NCBI GenBank assembly: GCA_031370645.1
Contig: JANMQV010000006.1
Coordinates: 1-64,000, forward strand
DNA: 64,000 bases
From: Candidatus Eiseniibacteriota bacterium
GTDB taxonomy: Bacteria > Eisenbacteria > RBG-16-71-46 > SZUA-252
Direction: 5' to 3'
The notes below the pieces were generated by a model. That model was not told the origin of the DNA. It worked only from the letters and a program-made list of their open reading frames with translations, and ran no database searches. Within the stretch, counting starts at the first letter, position 1, and each line of letters opens with the position of its first letter. Of the stretch, positions 9,043-19,284 are shown piece by piece. Both the position numbers and the translations under genes were made by a program.

Positions 9043-11175
9043 TCAGTCGAGGAGGTTCCAGACCACGCCGAAGCGTAGACGGCGCCCCGCGGTGGGGACT
9101 CCGGCGTCGGACGCGATTTCGTAGAGGCCGCTGGGGGGGCGGCGATCGAAGAGGTCGTCGACGCGCAAGTAGATCCCGGCGTCGCCGAAGTCGGCGTGAA
9201 GCGTCGCGTCGAAGAGGGCCGTCGCGGCGGCGCGAATCGCTCCCTCGCGCCGGCCCACCACATGCGCTTCGACGCCGAGACGAAGCGGGAGATCGCCCCG
9301 GAAGAACTTGGCGGCGCCGTGGACCGAAGCATCGACCCCGGCGCGCGGGAGCGATCCGGCGTGCGGGGACTGCCGCGAGGAGCCTCCCCGCAGCCAGCCG
9401 AGCGCTCGAAAACCGATCGGTCCCAACGTGGCGGCTGTACCGAAGGAGGCGTGGCTCACCCAACCGGAGCCCCGCAGCGTGGCGCGATCGTCGACGACGA
9501 TCGTGTCGGGGGTCTCGGACCGGGTCAGATTCCATCCAAAGTCGTCCACGAGATAACGCGCCGATCCCGACGCGGTGAATTCCATGCGCTTCGAGGTGCG
9601 CCACGCGGTCGTCGCCACGGCGCCATTCAACCGCCGTGGGCGAAGCGACGGATCGCCGGACACGGTATAGCGGACCGGCTTCGGGAGCACGACGACGTCC
9701 TCGAAGGGACGGTCCCGCGTGGGGAGGAGCCGATCTTCCCATGTCGCCCGCTCGTGCGTCGACTCGATGTCGAGACGCGCGCTACCGCGCGACGCCGTCA
9801 TCGACGCATGGAGGCGCGCGTCGAGAAATCCGAGATCCCCTTCGCGAGCGTCGTAGGCGAGGTCCGCGCCCCATTCTCGCAGCCGCTTTCCGCTCCGGAC
9901 GTCGCGCCGCACCGCGAGGCCGGCGCGCCCTTCGGTCCGCGTTCCATGAAATTCGACATCGAGCAATCCCGCCGGGGTGTTCGCGGGTCCCGCGCGGTAG
10001 CGGAGCGTGCGCCCCGTCGCGCGCGCCGCGGCCATCCAAAGCCATCCCGCGGCGGGCTGCCACTGCGACTCCTCCGCGACGGTCCACGTTGGTTCGTCCC
10101 AGCGCTCGCGCGTTCCGTCGATCTCGATGCCGGTGTGACGCGAGCGCGCCGCCTCCGCGCGGAATCGATGCTCCCACACCCCCGCGCGCTGAATGGCGTG
10201 CAGCGCCAGACTCCGATCGTTCAGGAGCGCCTCGCCCGCGCGAATGCGTCCGCGCGAAGCATCGAGCTCGGCATCCTCGACGCGCCGCGTCGCGACGTCG
10301 CCCTCGATCCAGGCGCGAAGCCCGCCGCGGCGCGGAAGCGCCACCACCGCGGCATAGCGCGTATCGGTGGCGCGCAACAACGCGTCGGCACCGTCGCTCG
10401 AGCGCCGCGTGTAGGCGGCCGCGAGCCCCGGTCCGAGCGCCGGTGCGGTGAAGCGCGCTCCGACTTGCTGGAGCCCAAGGTCCCCTTTCTCGTAGAGCAG
10501 CGCGCTCTCCGTCGGGCCGGGACGCGCGCCCCGATCGAGAAGTGCTTCTTCCCACCAGAGCACCGGACGCGGCGCCGCGAGAAGCTCCGCTGGCCCTTCG
10601 AGGACGGGGCGCGTCGTCGGCTCGCTCCAGCGCGAGACGAGAAGCGGATCGTTTCTAGAAGCCCCGGGAGCCGCGATGGCGGTCGCGGCGTTCGGCATGC
10701 CGAGGAGGAGCAGGTAGCCGGCAACCGGCGTCCGATCGGTCGCGGCGGTGCGCCACCCGGCGAGCGGGACACCCGCGTCGAGCGTCACGGGGCGTTCCCA
10801 CGCCTCGCTCGGCAACGGGAGCGCGAACGCGTCCGCCGGCCATCGTTCGCGGAACTGCAGCCGAAGCGACGTCTTCCCCTCGAGACGGAGCGGGTCGACA
10901 TCGAGGTGGAGTCCGGAGGGCGGGGCAGGCGGCGACGTCGCCGAGCGAACGACGGAGTCGGCCGAGGCGGAGTGGCCCGTCGGAAGCGACGGTGCGGAAG
11001 TTCCGTGAAGTGCGACGCTGTCGGCCGGAACGGTGACGGAGTCGCGGAGCGCGACGCCTTGCGCGCGCGACATCCCGATCGGGATCGTCGCTCCCGCGAA
11101 GAGCGCGGCGAACGTGCCGGCCACGATCGCGGCAGCGGCAGCGGGCCCGAGCGTTCGAGTCTTACGCGACGGCAT
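9043..11175 (-). CDS. Large outer-membrane beta-barrel protein (putative porin or TonB-receptor-like)
   Basis: ATG 11175 with GGGGAG RBS. Signal peptide, Ser/Pro linker, amphipathic strands, C-terminal RLRFGVVWNLLD like the ending of Bacteroidetes-type putative porins. Confidence 0.6.
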   Translation of the reverse strand: MPSRKTRTLGPAAAAAIVAGTFAALFAGATIPIGMSRAQGVALRDSVTVPADSVALHGTSAPSLPTGHSASADSVVRSATSPPAPPSGLHLDVDPLRLEGKTSLRLQFRERWPADAFALPLPSEAWERPVTLDAGVPLAGWRTAATDRTPVAGYLLLLGMPNAATAIAAPGASRNDPLLVSRWSEPTTRPVLEGPAELLAAPRPVLWWEEALLDRGARPGPTESALLYEKGDLGLQQVGARFTAPALGPGLAAAYTRRSSDGADALLRATDTRYAAVVALPRRGGLRAWIEGDVATRRVEDAELDASRGRIRAGEALLNDRSLALHAIQRAGVWEHRFRAEAARSRHTGIEIDGTRERWDEPTWTVAEESQWQPAAGWLWMAAARATGRTLRYRAGPANTPAGLLDVEFHGTRTEGRAGLAVRRDVRSGKRLREWGADLAYDAREGDLGFLDARLHASMTASRGSARLDIESTHERATWEDRLLPTRDRPFEDVVVLPKPVRYTVSGDPSLRPRRLNGAVATTAWRTSKRMEFTASGSARYLVDDFGWNLTRSETPDTIVVDDRATLRGSGWVSHASFGTAATLGPIGFRALGWLRGGSSRQSPHAGSLPRAGVDASVHGAAKFFRGDLPLRLGVEAHVVGRREGAIRAAATALFDATLHADFGDAGIYLRVDDLFDRRPPSGLYEIASDAGVPTAGRRLRFGVVWNLLD

Positions 11176-11695
11176 CGGCACTCCCCGATTGGCGCGCCAG
11201 CCATGGCGCCGCGAGCCGGCCCACGATGAAGAAGATGACACCGTTCGACGCGATGTGCTGCACCGCGGGAATGGCGCCGAGCGCGAAGGTCGCGGGGATC
11301 GACCCGAAGACGAGCCCTTGCGCCACGTTCGTGAGGAGATCATAGGCGAGCGTCCCGGCGATCCCGACGAGGAGCCAAACGAACGTGGAGGCGCCCCCGC
11401 GACGCGCGAGCGGCCCACGCAAGAGACCCCCGATGGCTCCGAGCATCGCTCCTCCGAGAACTTGCGCCGCCAGCACCCAAGGATGCGGCGGACCGTAGGG
11501 ATTCGCCACGCTGAAGACCAGACGCGCGACCCCGCCGATCCAGGCGCCCCAGATGACGCCGGTCAGCGCCCCTGAAAGAACCGTGGCGGCGGAAAAAAGC
11601 TCCACGAAGAATAGAAAGGGGAAGAGAACCATCTTGGCGTAGCCGCAGGCGACGGTAAAGGCGATGAGGGAGGCGCTACGGACGACCGTTCGCAT
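11162..11695 (-). CDS. ECF transporter S-component (CbrT-like)
   Basis: 177 aa, about six TM helices, VEL...SGALTG and FSVANPYG motifs, C-terminal HIASNGVIF. Confidence 0.7.
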   Translation of the reverse strand: MRTVVRSASLIAFTVACGYAKMVLFPFLFFVELFSAATVLSGALTGVIWGAWIGGVARLVFSVANPYGPPHPWVLAAQVLGGAMLGAIGGLLRGPLARRGGASTFVWLLVGIAGTLAYDLLTNVAQGLVFGSIPATFALGAIPAVQHIASNGVIFFIVGRLAAPWLARQSGSADAVA

Positions 11696-11769
11696 GGGAG
11701 GGCGAGACGAAGGCGGACGGTATCAGATGAAGGGGTACGGCGCTACGCGAAAAGCGAAGGAGGGCGGAG

Positions 11770-12615
11770 CTAGGGGCGGCTTCGGAGCGGCCGGCGGGCG
11801 CGGAACGCCTCCTCGAGTGGGCCGAGGATCTCGTACGGCACCGGAACCGAGCCGATGGCCACGCCCGGGGTTCGAGCTCCGTGGCAGTCGGAACCGCCGG
11901 TCTTCAAGAGCCCGTACCGGTCGGCGATGGCGGTGAACTTCTTCACGGCCGAGGCGTCGTGCTTCGTGTGCCAGACCTCGATGCCATCGAGCCCGCGGCG
12001 CGTCCAGCCCTCGATCAGGTGATCTCGATTGAGCGTGCCGGGATGGGCGAGGACGGTGACCCCGCCCGCCTCGTGCACGATGGCGGCCGCCTCGTCCATC
12101 GGCACCGTCATCTTCGGAACGTACGCGGGCGCATGGTGTCCGAGAAATCGTTGAAACGCTTCGTTCAGCGTGTCGACGTGCCCTTCTTGGAGAAGCGCTT
12201 CGGCCACGTGCGGTCGGCCGATCGCCCCGCCGTTCGCGATCGCCTCGATCTCTTCGATCGATATCTTGATTCCGATTCCCTTCAACCGCGCGAGGATCTT
12301 CCGGGCCCGCTCGTGCCTTCCCTGGCGCCAGCGCGCGAGTGCCACGGCGAATCCGGGTTCTTCGGGATCGAAGCCGTATGCGAGGACGTGAACGTCGATC
12401 CCCTGCTCGTTCACCGAGAGCTCGACTCCGGTGATGACGCGAATGCCGGCCGCCTCCGCGCGTTCGCGGAGCCGGGGGATGCCGTCGACGGCGTCATGAT
12501 CGGTGAGCGCGATGACTTCGACGCCCTGGCGGGCGGCGTGGGCGGCTACCTCCTCCGGGGTGTCGGCGCCGTCGGAGGCGGTCGAATGAAGGTGAAGGTC
12601 GAGTCGCGCGCCCAT
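11770..12615 (-). CDS. PHP-domain phosphoesterase (TrpH/YciV-like)
   Basis: DLHLHSTASDG, ALTDHD, GVELS, GRPHVA, LAHP, GIEV, TGGSDCHG. ATG at 12615 overlaps the upstream TAA (TAATG); the track's longer ORF is spurious at its 5' end. Confidence 0.88.
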   Translation of the reverse strand: MGARLDLHLHSTASDGADTPEEVAAHAARQGVEVIALTDHDAVDGIPRLRERAEAAGIRVITGVELSVNEQGIDVHVLAYGFDPEEPGFAVALARWRQGRHERARKILARLKGIGIKISIEEIEAIANGGAIGRPHVAEALLQEGHVDTLNEAFQRFLGHHAPAYVPKMTVPMDEAAAIVHEAGGVTVLAHPGTLNRDHLIEGWTRRGLDGIEVWHTKHDASAVKKFTAIADRYGLLKTGGSDCHGARTPGVAIGSVPVPYEILGPLEEAFRARRPLRSRP

Positions 12616-14609
12616 TATCCGAGGTCCCGGGAGCCAGACAACTTTTGCTTCAGCTCTCGTACCTTGGTCGCGACTTTCAAGAAGTCGACATTCAGGACGT
12701 GGACCTCCTCGAAATGCTGGAGGGCGCGGTCGAGGTTTCCAAGGCGTTCGTGAGCCACACCCAGATTGTACCGGATACTGATCGTTTCGTCCGGCCCATG
12801 TCCGGGGAGCTCCAGCGCCCGGGTAAGCTCCTTGATGGCCTCGCCAGGCTCGTTCTTCTCCAGGCAGCAGAGGGCGATCATCTCGAGCGACTTGAGTTCC
12901 ATGGGCGCCCCCTTCTGCGCGATCTGGAACTCGGCGATCGCCTCGTCGTAGAGGCCCATTTCCATGTAGGCCATGCCGAGATCGTAGTGGCTCTCGTGGT
13001 CCTCGCCGGAGATCGAGTTCTGCACACCCTGCTTGAACTCGTCGATGATCTCCTCGAGGTCCACCAGGCTGTCGAGGTTCGACGGCGTTTCGTCGCGCAC
13101 GCGAACCGAGGCGGCCGGTTTCGGCACATTGATCGCGTCGAAGTCGATGTCGCTCCCCGCAGGGGTCGGCGTGTGGAGGAGCGCGTCGAGCCGCTGTACG
13201 CGCATCCGCGCGCGGTCGCTCGAGCCGTCGATCTCGAGCACGCGCAGGTACTCGGCGCGAGCGAGCGCCCACTCTTCCATCGCCAGGTAGCGCTCGGCGA
13301 GATCGAATCGCGCTCGCGCCTCCGCGGGACGGTCCTCGGTCTGCGCCGTGATGTCGACTTGGCGCCGGAGCGCCGCCTCGTGCTGCGGCGCGATCTGGAG
13401 GAGCGACGCGAGAAGCATCCGCGCGCGGTCGAGATCTCCGCGGAAGAACGAGAGCTCCGCGGCCTTCCAGAATTCGTCCGCGGCGAGCTCGGGCTTTCCG
13501 GTGCTGAGATAGGTCGTCGCCAGTTCCTCGTGGCTCGGCGGCACGGTCTCCGCGGGCGCGATGAAGACCGGCTCCGCTTCCGCGGGCGCCGGTGCCGCGG
13601 GAGCGGTGGGAGCCGGCGGCGTTGCCGCGACCGGAACCCCAGGCGACGCGCTCGCTGGCGCGGAATCGCCCTCCGTCTGCGTGAACGGCTTCGAGAACGA
13701 GATCTTCTCCTCCGGCGGCGCGACGAGCGGCTCCGAGGAGAGCGAGACGACGCCCGGCTCGAGCGGACCGGTCGCTCCGCCGGCGGACGTCGGCGAAGGA
13801 TCGCTCGCCGGCCCGTGGGCGAGCGAGACGACGCCCGGCTCGAGATTCCCCGCGCCGCCCGGCGCGATCGACTGGGCGGAGGATTCGAAGCCGTTTCGGC
13901 TCGGCGGCATCGTGACCGGCGCCGATTCGCTTTGGAGACCGGAGCCCTGTTCGATGGCGAACGTGCCGTCGCCCGAATCCGCGGGGGCCGCGGGAGCGGC
14001 CGCCGCCGAACCGATCGAAGGCGCAAGTGTGGACGCGCGCTCGCGCAACTCGACCGCGGCGCTTCGCCGACCCGCCTGTTCCGCGCGGTCTGCCCGCCGG
14101 ATGAGTTCCTTGCCGCCGCGCTCGGGCTGATCGCCGCGCATGGCGATCTCGACGTACTTCTCCGAGAGTTCTTCGTTGTCGGGGGAGAGCGAGAGGACCT
14201 GGTCGAGCGCGTCGAGCGCCGACTCGTGCTCCTGGCGGCGAATCGACCCTTCGGCGTACTCGAGGTAGTGGATCTGCGCGTCGCCGTAGAGCCCCTCTTT
14301 CGCGTAGAGGTCTCCGAGCGAGCGGTGAATCTGGAGGTCCTCCTTCGAAATCCGGAGGATCTTCTTGCAGACCGCGATGGCGTTCTTGAACAGTTCGCCC
14401 CGCGTGTACTCGTCCACGGCCTGGCGGTAGCGGCGGACCGCCTCCTGCATGGAGCCGCGCTTCGCGAGCAGATCCGCGACCAGAATGAAGTCGTACGGGT
14501 CCTTATCGCCGCTGTCGAAGAGCTTATCGAACTCCGCCAGGGCGGCGTCGATCTGCCCCTTCTGGATCAGCAGCTGGGCTTTCTTCTTGATCGCGAGATT
14601 GCGGTCCAC
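12615..14609 (-). CDS. Multi-TPR protein, SgmX-like
   Basis: N-terminal TPRs, Pro/Ala/Ser linker, C-terminal IIDEFKQGV...EDHESHYDLGMAYMEMGLYDEAIAEFQ TPR block. Confidence 0.75.
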   Translation of the reverse strand: MDRNLAIKKKAQLLIQKGQIDAALAEFDKLFDSGDKDPYDFILVADLLAKRGSMQEAVRRYRQAVDEYTRGELFKNAIAVCKKILRISKEDLQIHRSLGDLYAKEGLYGDAQIHYLEYAEGSIRRQEHESALDALDQVLSLSPDNEELSEKYVEIAMRGDQPERGGKELIRRADRAEQAGRRSAAVELRERASTLAPSIGSAAAAPAAPADSGDGTFAIEQGSGLQSESAPVTMPPSRNGFESSAQSIAPGGAGNLEPGVVSLAHGPASDPSPTSAGGATGPLEPGVVSLSSEPLVAPPEEKISFSKPFTQTEGDSAPASASPGVPVAATPPAPTAPAAPAPAEAEPVFIAPAETVPPSHEELATTYLSTGKPELAADEFWKAAELSFFRGDLDRARMLLASLLQIAPQHEAALRRQVDITAQTEDRPAEARARFDLAERYLAMEEWALARAEYLRVLEIDGSSDRARMRVQRLDALLHTPTPAGSDIDFDAINVPKPAASVRVRDETPSNLDSLVDLEEIIDEFKQGVQNSISGEDHESHYDLGMAYMEMGLYDEAIAEFQIAQKGAPMELKSLEMIALCCLEKNEPGEAIKELTRALELPGHGPDETISIRYNLGVAHERLGNLDRALQHFEEVHVLNVDFLKVATKVRELKQKLSGSRDLG
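13740..13844. repeat. Exact 24-bp direct repeat inside the TPR gene linker
   Basis: GAGCGAGACGACGCCCGGCTCGAG at 13740-13763 and 13821-13844 (81-bp period); encodes LEPGVVSL twice. Confidence 0.9.
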
Positions 14610-14636
14610 GATGCCTCGTTCGCTCCTTCGAAGTCG

Positions 14637-16178
14637 CTACGCCCCGGCCGCGAGTCCCATCCGCGTCCGCACCCGATCCAGAATCCCCGCGTGAAGCGCC
14701 GCCGCTCTCTCGGTCGCCTGTCGCGCTCGAACCTCGAGGCCTCCGCGCTCCTCCGCCGCGACCGACGGCAGATTGATCGCCACGTTCAGTGCGGCACCCT
14801 CCACACCTCCCCGGGCGAGCCACCCGGCCACTCCCGCGTCACTCACGGCGTTCAGATTCCCCACTTCGGCGACCTCGGCCACGAGTTCCAGAGCCCGCAG
14901 ACAGGCTTCCGCCGTTCGAAGCGGCACCGCCGCCGCGTTTCGGGCGGCATCCGACAGCGCCTTCTCGCGCGTTGCCGTCTCTTCCGGCGTTCGCTGCGAC
15001 ATCTTCGACGCGGCCACGAAGCCCTCGTAGGCTCTCGCGTCCTCCGCGACCAAGTCGAAGAGTTCCCTTCGAAGCGCCTCGCCGTTTCGCTCCACGGAGC
15101 GCATCCGCTCCTCGTGCTCGGCGTAGCGCTTCTTTCCGATCGTCAGCCGCGCCACCATCGTCGCGAGCGCGCCGGCGAGCGAACCCGCGAGCGCCGCCAC
15201 GCTTCCCCCGCCGGGCGTCGGCGCCGACGAGGCGACCTCGTCGAGGAACTCCGGCACCGCCTGTTCCGCGGCGCCGAGGTTTCGGGCCAGCCGAGTTTCC
15301 AAGATCTGCTCTCGGGAGAAGCTCTCGAGCCGCAGGGTGTGCTCCGCGACGTCGATGAGCGCGTCCTGGCAAACCAGGCCGACGATCTCGCTCCCCACGA
15401 TCGGAACGCCGTAGCGCTCCGCCTCCTCCCGGATCATCGCGAAGACGCGGTGCACCGGAGTGCCCCACGTGTTCACGAGATTCATCGACACCTGGACGAT
15501 TCCTCGCTCGTGAAGCTCGAAGCCGAGCGCCTTCACGTACCGAAGCCCGCCCGTCTGGAAGCGGATCGCCTTCGCGATTCGCTTCGCCACTTCGACGTCG
15601 CGGGTTCCGAGATTCACGTTGAACGCGAGCAGCGGGAGCCTCGCCCCGATGGCGATCGCACCTGCCGACGCGTGAATCAACTTCGGACCGAAGTCGGGAT
15701 CACGCTCGGGATTCGTTCCGAGCTCCTTCCCGATTCCCTCAAACTCGCCGCGCCGGACGTCCGCCAAATTCTGGCGGGCTGGCCGGGTCGCCGCTGCCTC
15801 ATAGAGATAGACTGGGATCCCCAACTCCGTTCCAATCCGCTCCCCGGCACGGCGCGCCAACTCGACGCAACGATCGAGCTTCGAGGATCCGACCGGAACG
15901 AACGGGAGCACGTCGGTGGCGCCCATCCGAGGGTGCTCCCCCTGGTGCTTCCTCAAATCGATCAGCTCGGCCGCCTTACGCACGGCCCGGACGGCAGCCT
16001 CCAACACGGCTTCCGGTTCCCCCACGAAGGTGACCACCGAACGGTTGTGATCGGCGTTCATCTCATGTCCGAGCAACTGGATCGAGCGATCATGCGAAAT
16101 TTCGGCAACAATGGCCGTAACTACAGACTTATTTCGGCCTTCGCTGAAGTTGGGAACGCACTCGATCAGCTCTGCCAT
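14637..16178 (-). CDS. ftcD: Bifunctional glutamate formiminotransferase / cyclodeaminase
   Basis: MAELIECVPNFSEGR, DHNRSVVT, HQGEHPRMGATDVLPF, then cyclodeaminase PTPGGGSVAA. ATG 16178 with GGAGG RBS. Confidence 0.93.
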   Translation of the reverse strand: MAELIECVPNFSEGRNKSVVTAIVAEISHDRSIQLLGHEMNADHNRSVVTFVGEPEAVLEAAVRAVRKAAELIDLRKHQGEHPRMGATDVLPFVPVGSSKLDRCVELARRAGERIGTELGIPVYLYEAAATRPARQNLADVRRGEFEGIGKELGTNPERDPDFGPKLIHASAGAIAIGARLPLLAFNVNLGTRDVEVAKRIAKAIRFQTGGLRYVKALGFELHERGIVQVSMNLVNTWGTPVHRVFAMIREEAERYGVPIVGSEIVGLVCQDALIDVAEHTLRLESFSREQILETRLARNLGAAEQAVPEFLDEVASSAPTPGGGSVAALAGSLAGALATMVARLTIGKKRYAEHEERMRSVERNGEALRRELFDLVAEDARAYEGFVAASKMSQRTPEETATREKALSDAARNAAAVPLRTAEACLRALELVAEVAEVGNLNAVSDAGVAGWLARGGVEGAALNVAINLPSVAAEERGGLEVRARQATERAAALHAGILDRVRTRMGLAAGA

Positions 16179-16267
16179 GGGGTTCCTCCCGGGTCGGTTT
16201 GGTCGCACGGCGGGGGCGCGGTTCGGGCCGCGATCGCCATTCAAGACAGAGAATTAGAGCATTGAGT

Positions 16268-17593
16268 TCAGGTGCAACGAGAGCCCGGGCCGGCGTCGTA
16301 CACGACCTCGCCCCGGACCACGACCATGCGGGTGTGGTCGTGCCCGTAGTGGTAGGGGATGTGGCGATGGTCGCCCCCCTCGAAGAGGGCGAGATCGGCC
16401 TCGAACCCTGGCTGAATCCGGCCAATCCGGTCGCTTCTTCCGATCGCGGCGGCGGCGTTCGCGGTGACGGCCATCCAGGCTTCGGCCGGGGTCATCTTCA
16501 TCTGCGTGACCGCCATCGTCATCGCGAGCGGAAGCGAAGCGGACATGGTGCTCCCCGGATTCCAGTCTGTCGCGACCGCGACGGGAACTCCGAGTTCGAT
16601 CATCCGTCGCGCGGGCGCGTACGGAAGCCCGAGCGTGAAGGCGGTGCCGGGGAGGAGGACGGCGATGACGCCCGCCTCGGCCATGGCGCGGAGTCCCCGT
16701 TCGGACGAGAAGAGGAGATGATCGGCGGAAACGGCCCCCACCTCGGCCGCCAGCGCGGCGGCGCCCACGTCCCCGAGTTCATCGGCGTGGAGCTTCGGCA
16801 CGAGTCCGTGCCGCTTCCCCGCCTCGAGCACCCGGCGCGATTCCTCGACCGTGTAGATCCCCCGATCGCACCAAACGTCGCAGAAGGCGGCGAGTCGCTC
16901 CGCTTGAACCGCGGGGATCATCTCGTCGATCAAGAGCGAGATGTAGTCGTCGCGGCGCGAGCGGTATTCCGCGGGAATCGCGTGCGCGCCGAGGAACGTC
17001 GCCGCGATCTTCACCGGAGACGCCGCCGCGGCGCTGGCGAGGGCGCGAAGCTGCTTTCGCTCCTCGTCCCAAGAGAGTCCGTAGCCGCTCTTCGCCTCGA
17101 CCGTGGTGACGCCCTGCTCGAGTAGGAGGCGAAGTCGGCCGGCGACTCGCTCGGCCAATTCGTCTTCGCTCGTCGCGCGAAGCGAGCGGCGGCTCGACTC
17201 GATGCCGCCCCCCTTCGCCGCGATCGATTCGTACGTCTCGCCTCGGGCGCGCGCGTCGAACTCCATCTCCCGCGTCCCGGCGAAGGGGAGGTGCGTGTGG
17301 GCGTCGATCAGTCCGGGCGTCACGAGAAGCCCGCCGGCGTCGATGACGCGCGCGGCGAGTCGTTCGGGGTAGGCCGCGGCCACCTCGGCGGTCGGACCAA
17401 CGGCGACGACGACTCCGCCGACGCAGGCGACCGCCGCGTCGGCGAGGAGGAGCGGCTCGTCGAGCGCGCGCCCCCGAAGCGGCGCGCCACCGGGCGTGGC
17501 GGGCGCGGTCAGAAGCTCCGCCGCCCCCAGAATGAGGAGATCGGCGCGGCCCGCGGCTCCCCCGTTCGGCGTCGGCGTCGGGGCCGTGGTCAC
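16268..17593 (-). CDS. hutI: Imidazolonepropionase
   Basis: [52 protein letters not shown] overlap with hutU. Confidence 0.93.
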   Translation of the reverse strand: MTTAPTPTPNGGAAGRADLLILGAAELLTAPATPGGAPLRGRALDEPLLLADAAVACVGGVVVAVGPTAEVAAAYPERLAARVIDAGGLLVTPGLIDAHTHLPFAGTREMEFDARARGETYESIAAKGGGIESSRRSLRATSEDELAERVAGRLRLLLEQGVTTVEAKSGYGLSWDEERKQLRALASAAAASPVKIAATFLGAHAIPAEYRSRRDDYISLLIDEMIPAVQAERLAAFCDVWCDRGIYTVEESRRVLEAGKRHGLVPKLHADELGDVGAAALAAEVGAVSADHLLFSSERGLRAMAEAGVIAVLLPGTAFTLGLPYAPARRMIELGVPVAVATDWNPGSTMSASLPLAMTMAVTQMKMTPAEAWMAVTANAAAAIGRSDRIGRIQPGFEADLALFEGGDHRHIPYHYGHDHTRMVVVRGEVVYDAGPGSRCT

Positions 17594-19284
17594 GTCGATC
17601 GCGGGATGGTGAGCCCGTGCCGCTTCGCGTTCGCCAGCGCGTCAGGATAGCCCGCGTCGGCGTGACGGAAGAGGCCCATGGCGGGATCGTTTGTGAGGAC
17701 GCGCCGAATGCGTGCGAGTCCGGCCGGAGTTCCATCGGCCACCATAACGACGCCCGCGTGAATCGAGTTCCCGATCCCGACGCCGCCGCCGTGATGGACG
17801 GACACCCACGAAGCGCCCGAAACCGCGTTCACGAGCGCGTTCAGGATCGGCCAGTCGGCGATCGCGTCGCTCCCGTCCCGCATCGCCTCGGTCTCCCGGT
17901 GAGGCGAGGCGACCGAGCCGCAGTCGAGATGATCGCGGCCGATCACGATCGGCGCCTCCACCTCTCCCCGCTCGACCAGGCGGTTCAACACTTCGCCGAA
18001 GCGCGCCCGCTCGCCCATCCCGAGCCAGCAGATGCGCGCAGGCAGCCCCTGGAAGGCAACCCGCTCCGAGGCGAGACGAATCCAGCGGTGGAGCGGCTCG
18101 TTGTCGGGAAAGAGTTCGAGGACCGCGCGGTCGGTGACGGCGATGTCCTTGGGATTCCCCGAGAGCGCCGCCCAGCGGAATGGCCCCTTCCCCTCGCAGA
18201 AGAGGGGTCGGATGAACTCGGGGACGAATCCGGGGATCGTGAAGGCATCGGTCACGCCCGCCTTCTCCGCCTGCGCGCGAATATTGTTGCCGTAGTCGAA
18301 CGTCACCGCGCCGGCGTTCTGAAAGTCGCGCATGGCGCGCACGTGACGCCCCATCGATTCGACCGAGAGGGCGATGTACCGCGTCGGGTCCTCCACGCGA
18401 AGCCGAAGCGCGTCCTCGTACGACATGCCGCCCGGCACGTAACCGTTCAGTTCGTCGTGCGCGGAGGTCTGATCGGTGACGAAATCGGGCCGCACGCCGC
18501 GGCGCACCATCTCCGGAAGGAGATCGGCTGCGTTCCCGACGAGACCGATGGAAAGCGCGCGGCGCGCCTTCGTCGCCTCCTCCACCCAGCGAAGCGCCTC
18601 GTCGAGGGAGCTGGTGCTTTTGTCGACGTAGCGGGTCTCCAGACGGCGCTCCACGCGGTGCGGATCGACGTCCAGGGCGAGACAGACGCCTTCGTTCATC
18701 GTGACGGCGAGCGGCTGCGCACCCCCCATGCCACCGAGTCCCGCCGTGAGAACCCACTTCCCTTGGAGCGTGCCGCCGCCGTGCTGACGCGCCGCCTCGG
18801 CGAACGTCTCGTACGTCCCCTGAAGAATTCCCTGCGTGCCGATGTAGATCCAGGAGCCGGCCGTCATCTGGCCATACATCGTGAGGCCCTTCGCCTCGAG
18901 CGCGCGGAATTCGTCCCACGTCGCCCACTTCGGCACGAGAAGCGAATTGGCGATGAGGACGCGCGGGGCGTCGGGGTGCGTGTTCACCACTCCGACCGGC
19001 TTTCCCGACTGCACGAGGAGCGTCTGATCGTTCTCGAGCGCGCGGAGCGACGAGACGATGGCGTGATAGTCGGGCCAGGAGCGCGCCGCGCGGCCCGTGC
19101 CGCCGTAGACGACGAGGTCTTGAGGCTTCTCCGCCACCTCCGGGTCGAGGTTGTTCATGAGCATCCGGAGCGCACCTTCCTGATGCCATCCCTTGCACGA
19201 ACGCTGCGCGCCGCGCGGGGCGCGGATCGGTTCGGCGGGCGGCGTCCCCCTCAGCGAGGTGGGCGCGGTTTCGGCGCGAGTCAT
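17590..19284 (-). CDS. hutU: Urocanate hydratase
   Basis: [63 protein letters not shown]. Confidence 0.97.
   Translation of the reverse strand: MTRAETAPTSLRGTPPAEPIRAPRGAQRSCKGWHQEGALRMLMNNLDPEVAEKPQDLVVYGGTGRAARSWPDYHAIVSSLRALENDQTLLVQSGKPVGVVNTHPDAPRVLIANSLLVPKWATWDEFRALEAKGLTMYGQMTAGSWIYIGTQGILQGTYETFAEAARQHGGGTLQGKWVLTAGLGGMGGAQPLAVTMNEGVCLALDVDPHRVERRLETRYVDKSTSSLDEALRWVEEATKARRALSIGLVGNAADLLPEMVRRGVRPDFVTDQTSAHDELNGYVPGGMSYEDALRLRVEDPTRYIALSVESMGRHVRAMRDFQNAGAVTFDYGNNIRAQAEKAGVTDAFTIPGFVPEFIRPLFCEGKGPFRWAALSGNPKDIAVTDRAVLELFPDNEPLHRWIRLASERVAFQGLPARICWLGMGERARFGEVLNRLVERGEVEAPIVIGRDHLDCGSVASPHRETEAMRDGSDAIADWPILNALVNAVSGASWVSVHHGGGVGIGNSIHAGVVMVADGTPAGLARIRRVLTNDPAMGLFRHADAGYPDALANAKRHGLTIPRST

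Noticed and set aside
11696-11769. Cobalamin riboswitch upstream of the ECF S-component
   Set aside because: The gap is only 74 bp and shows no B12-box.
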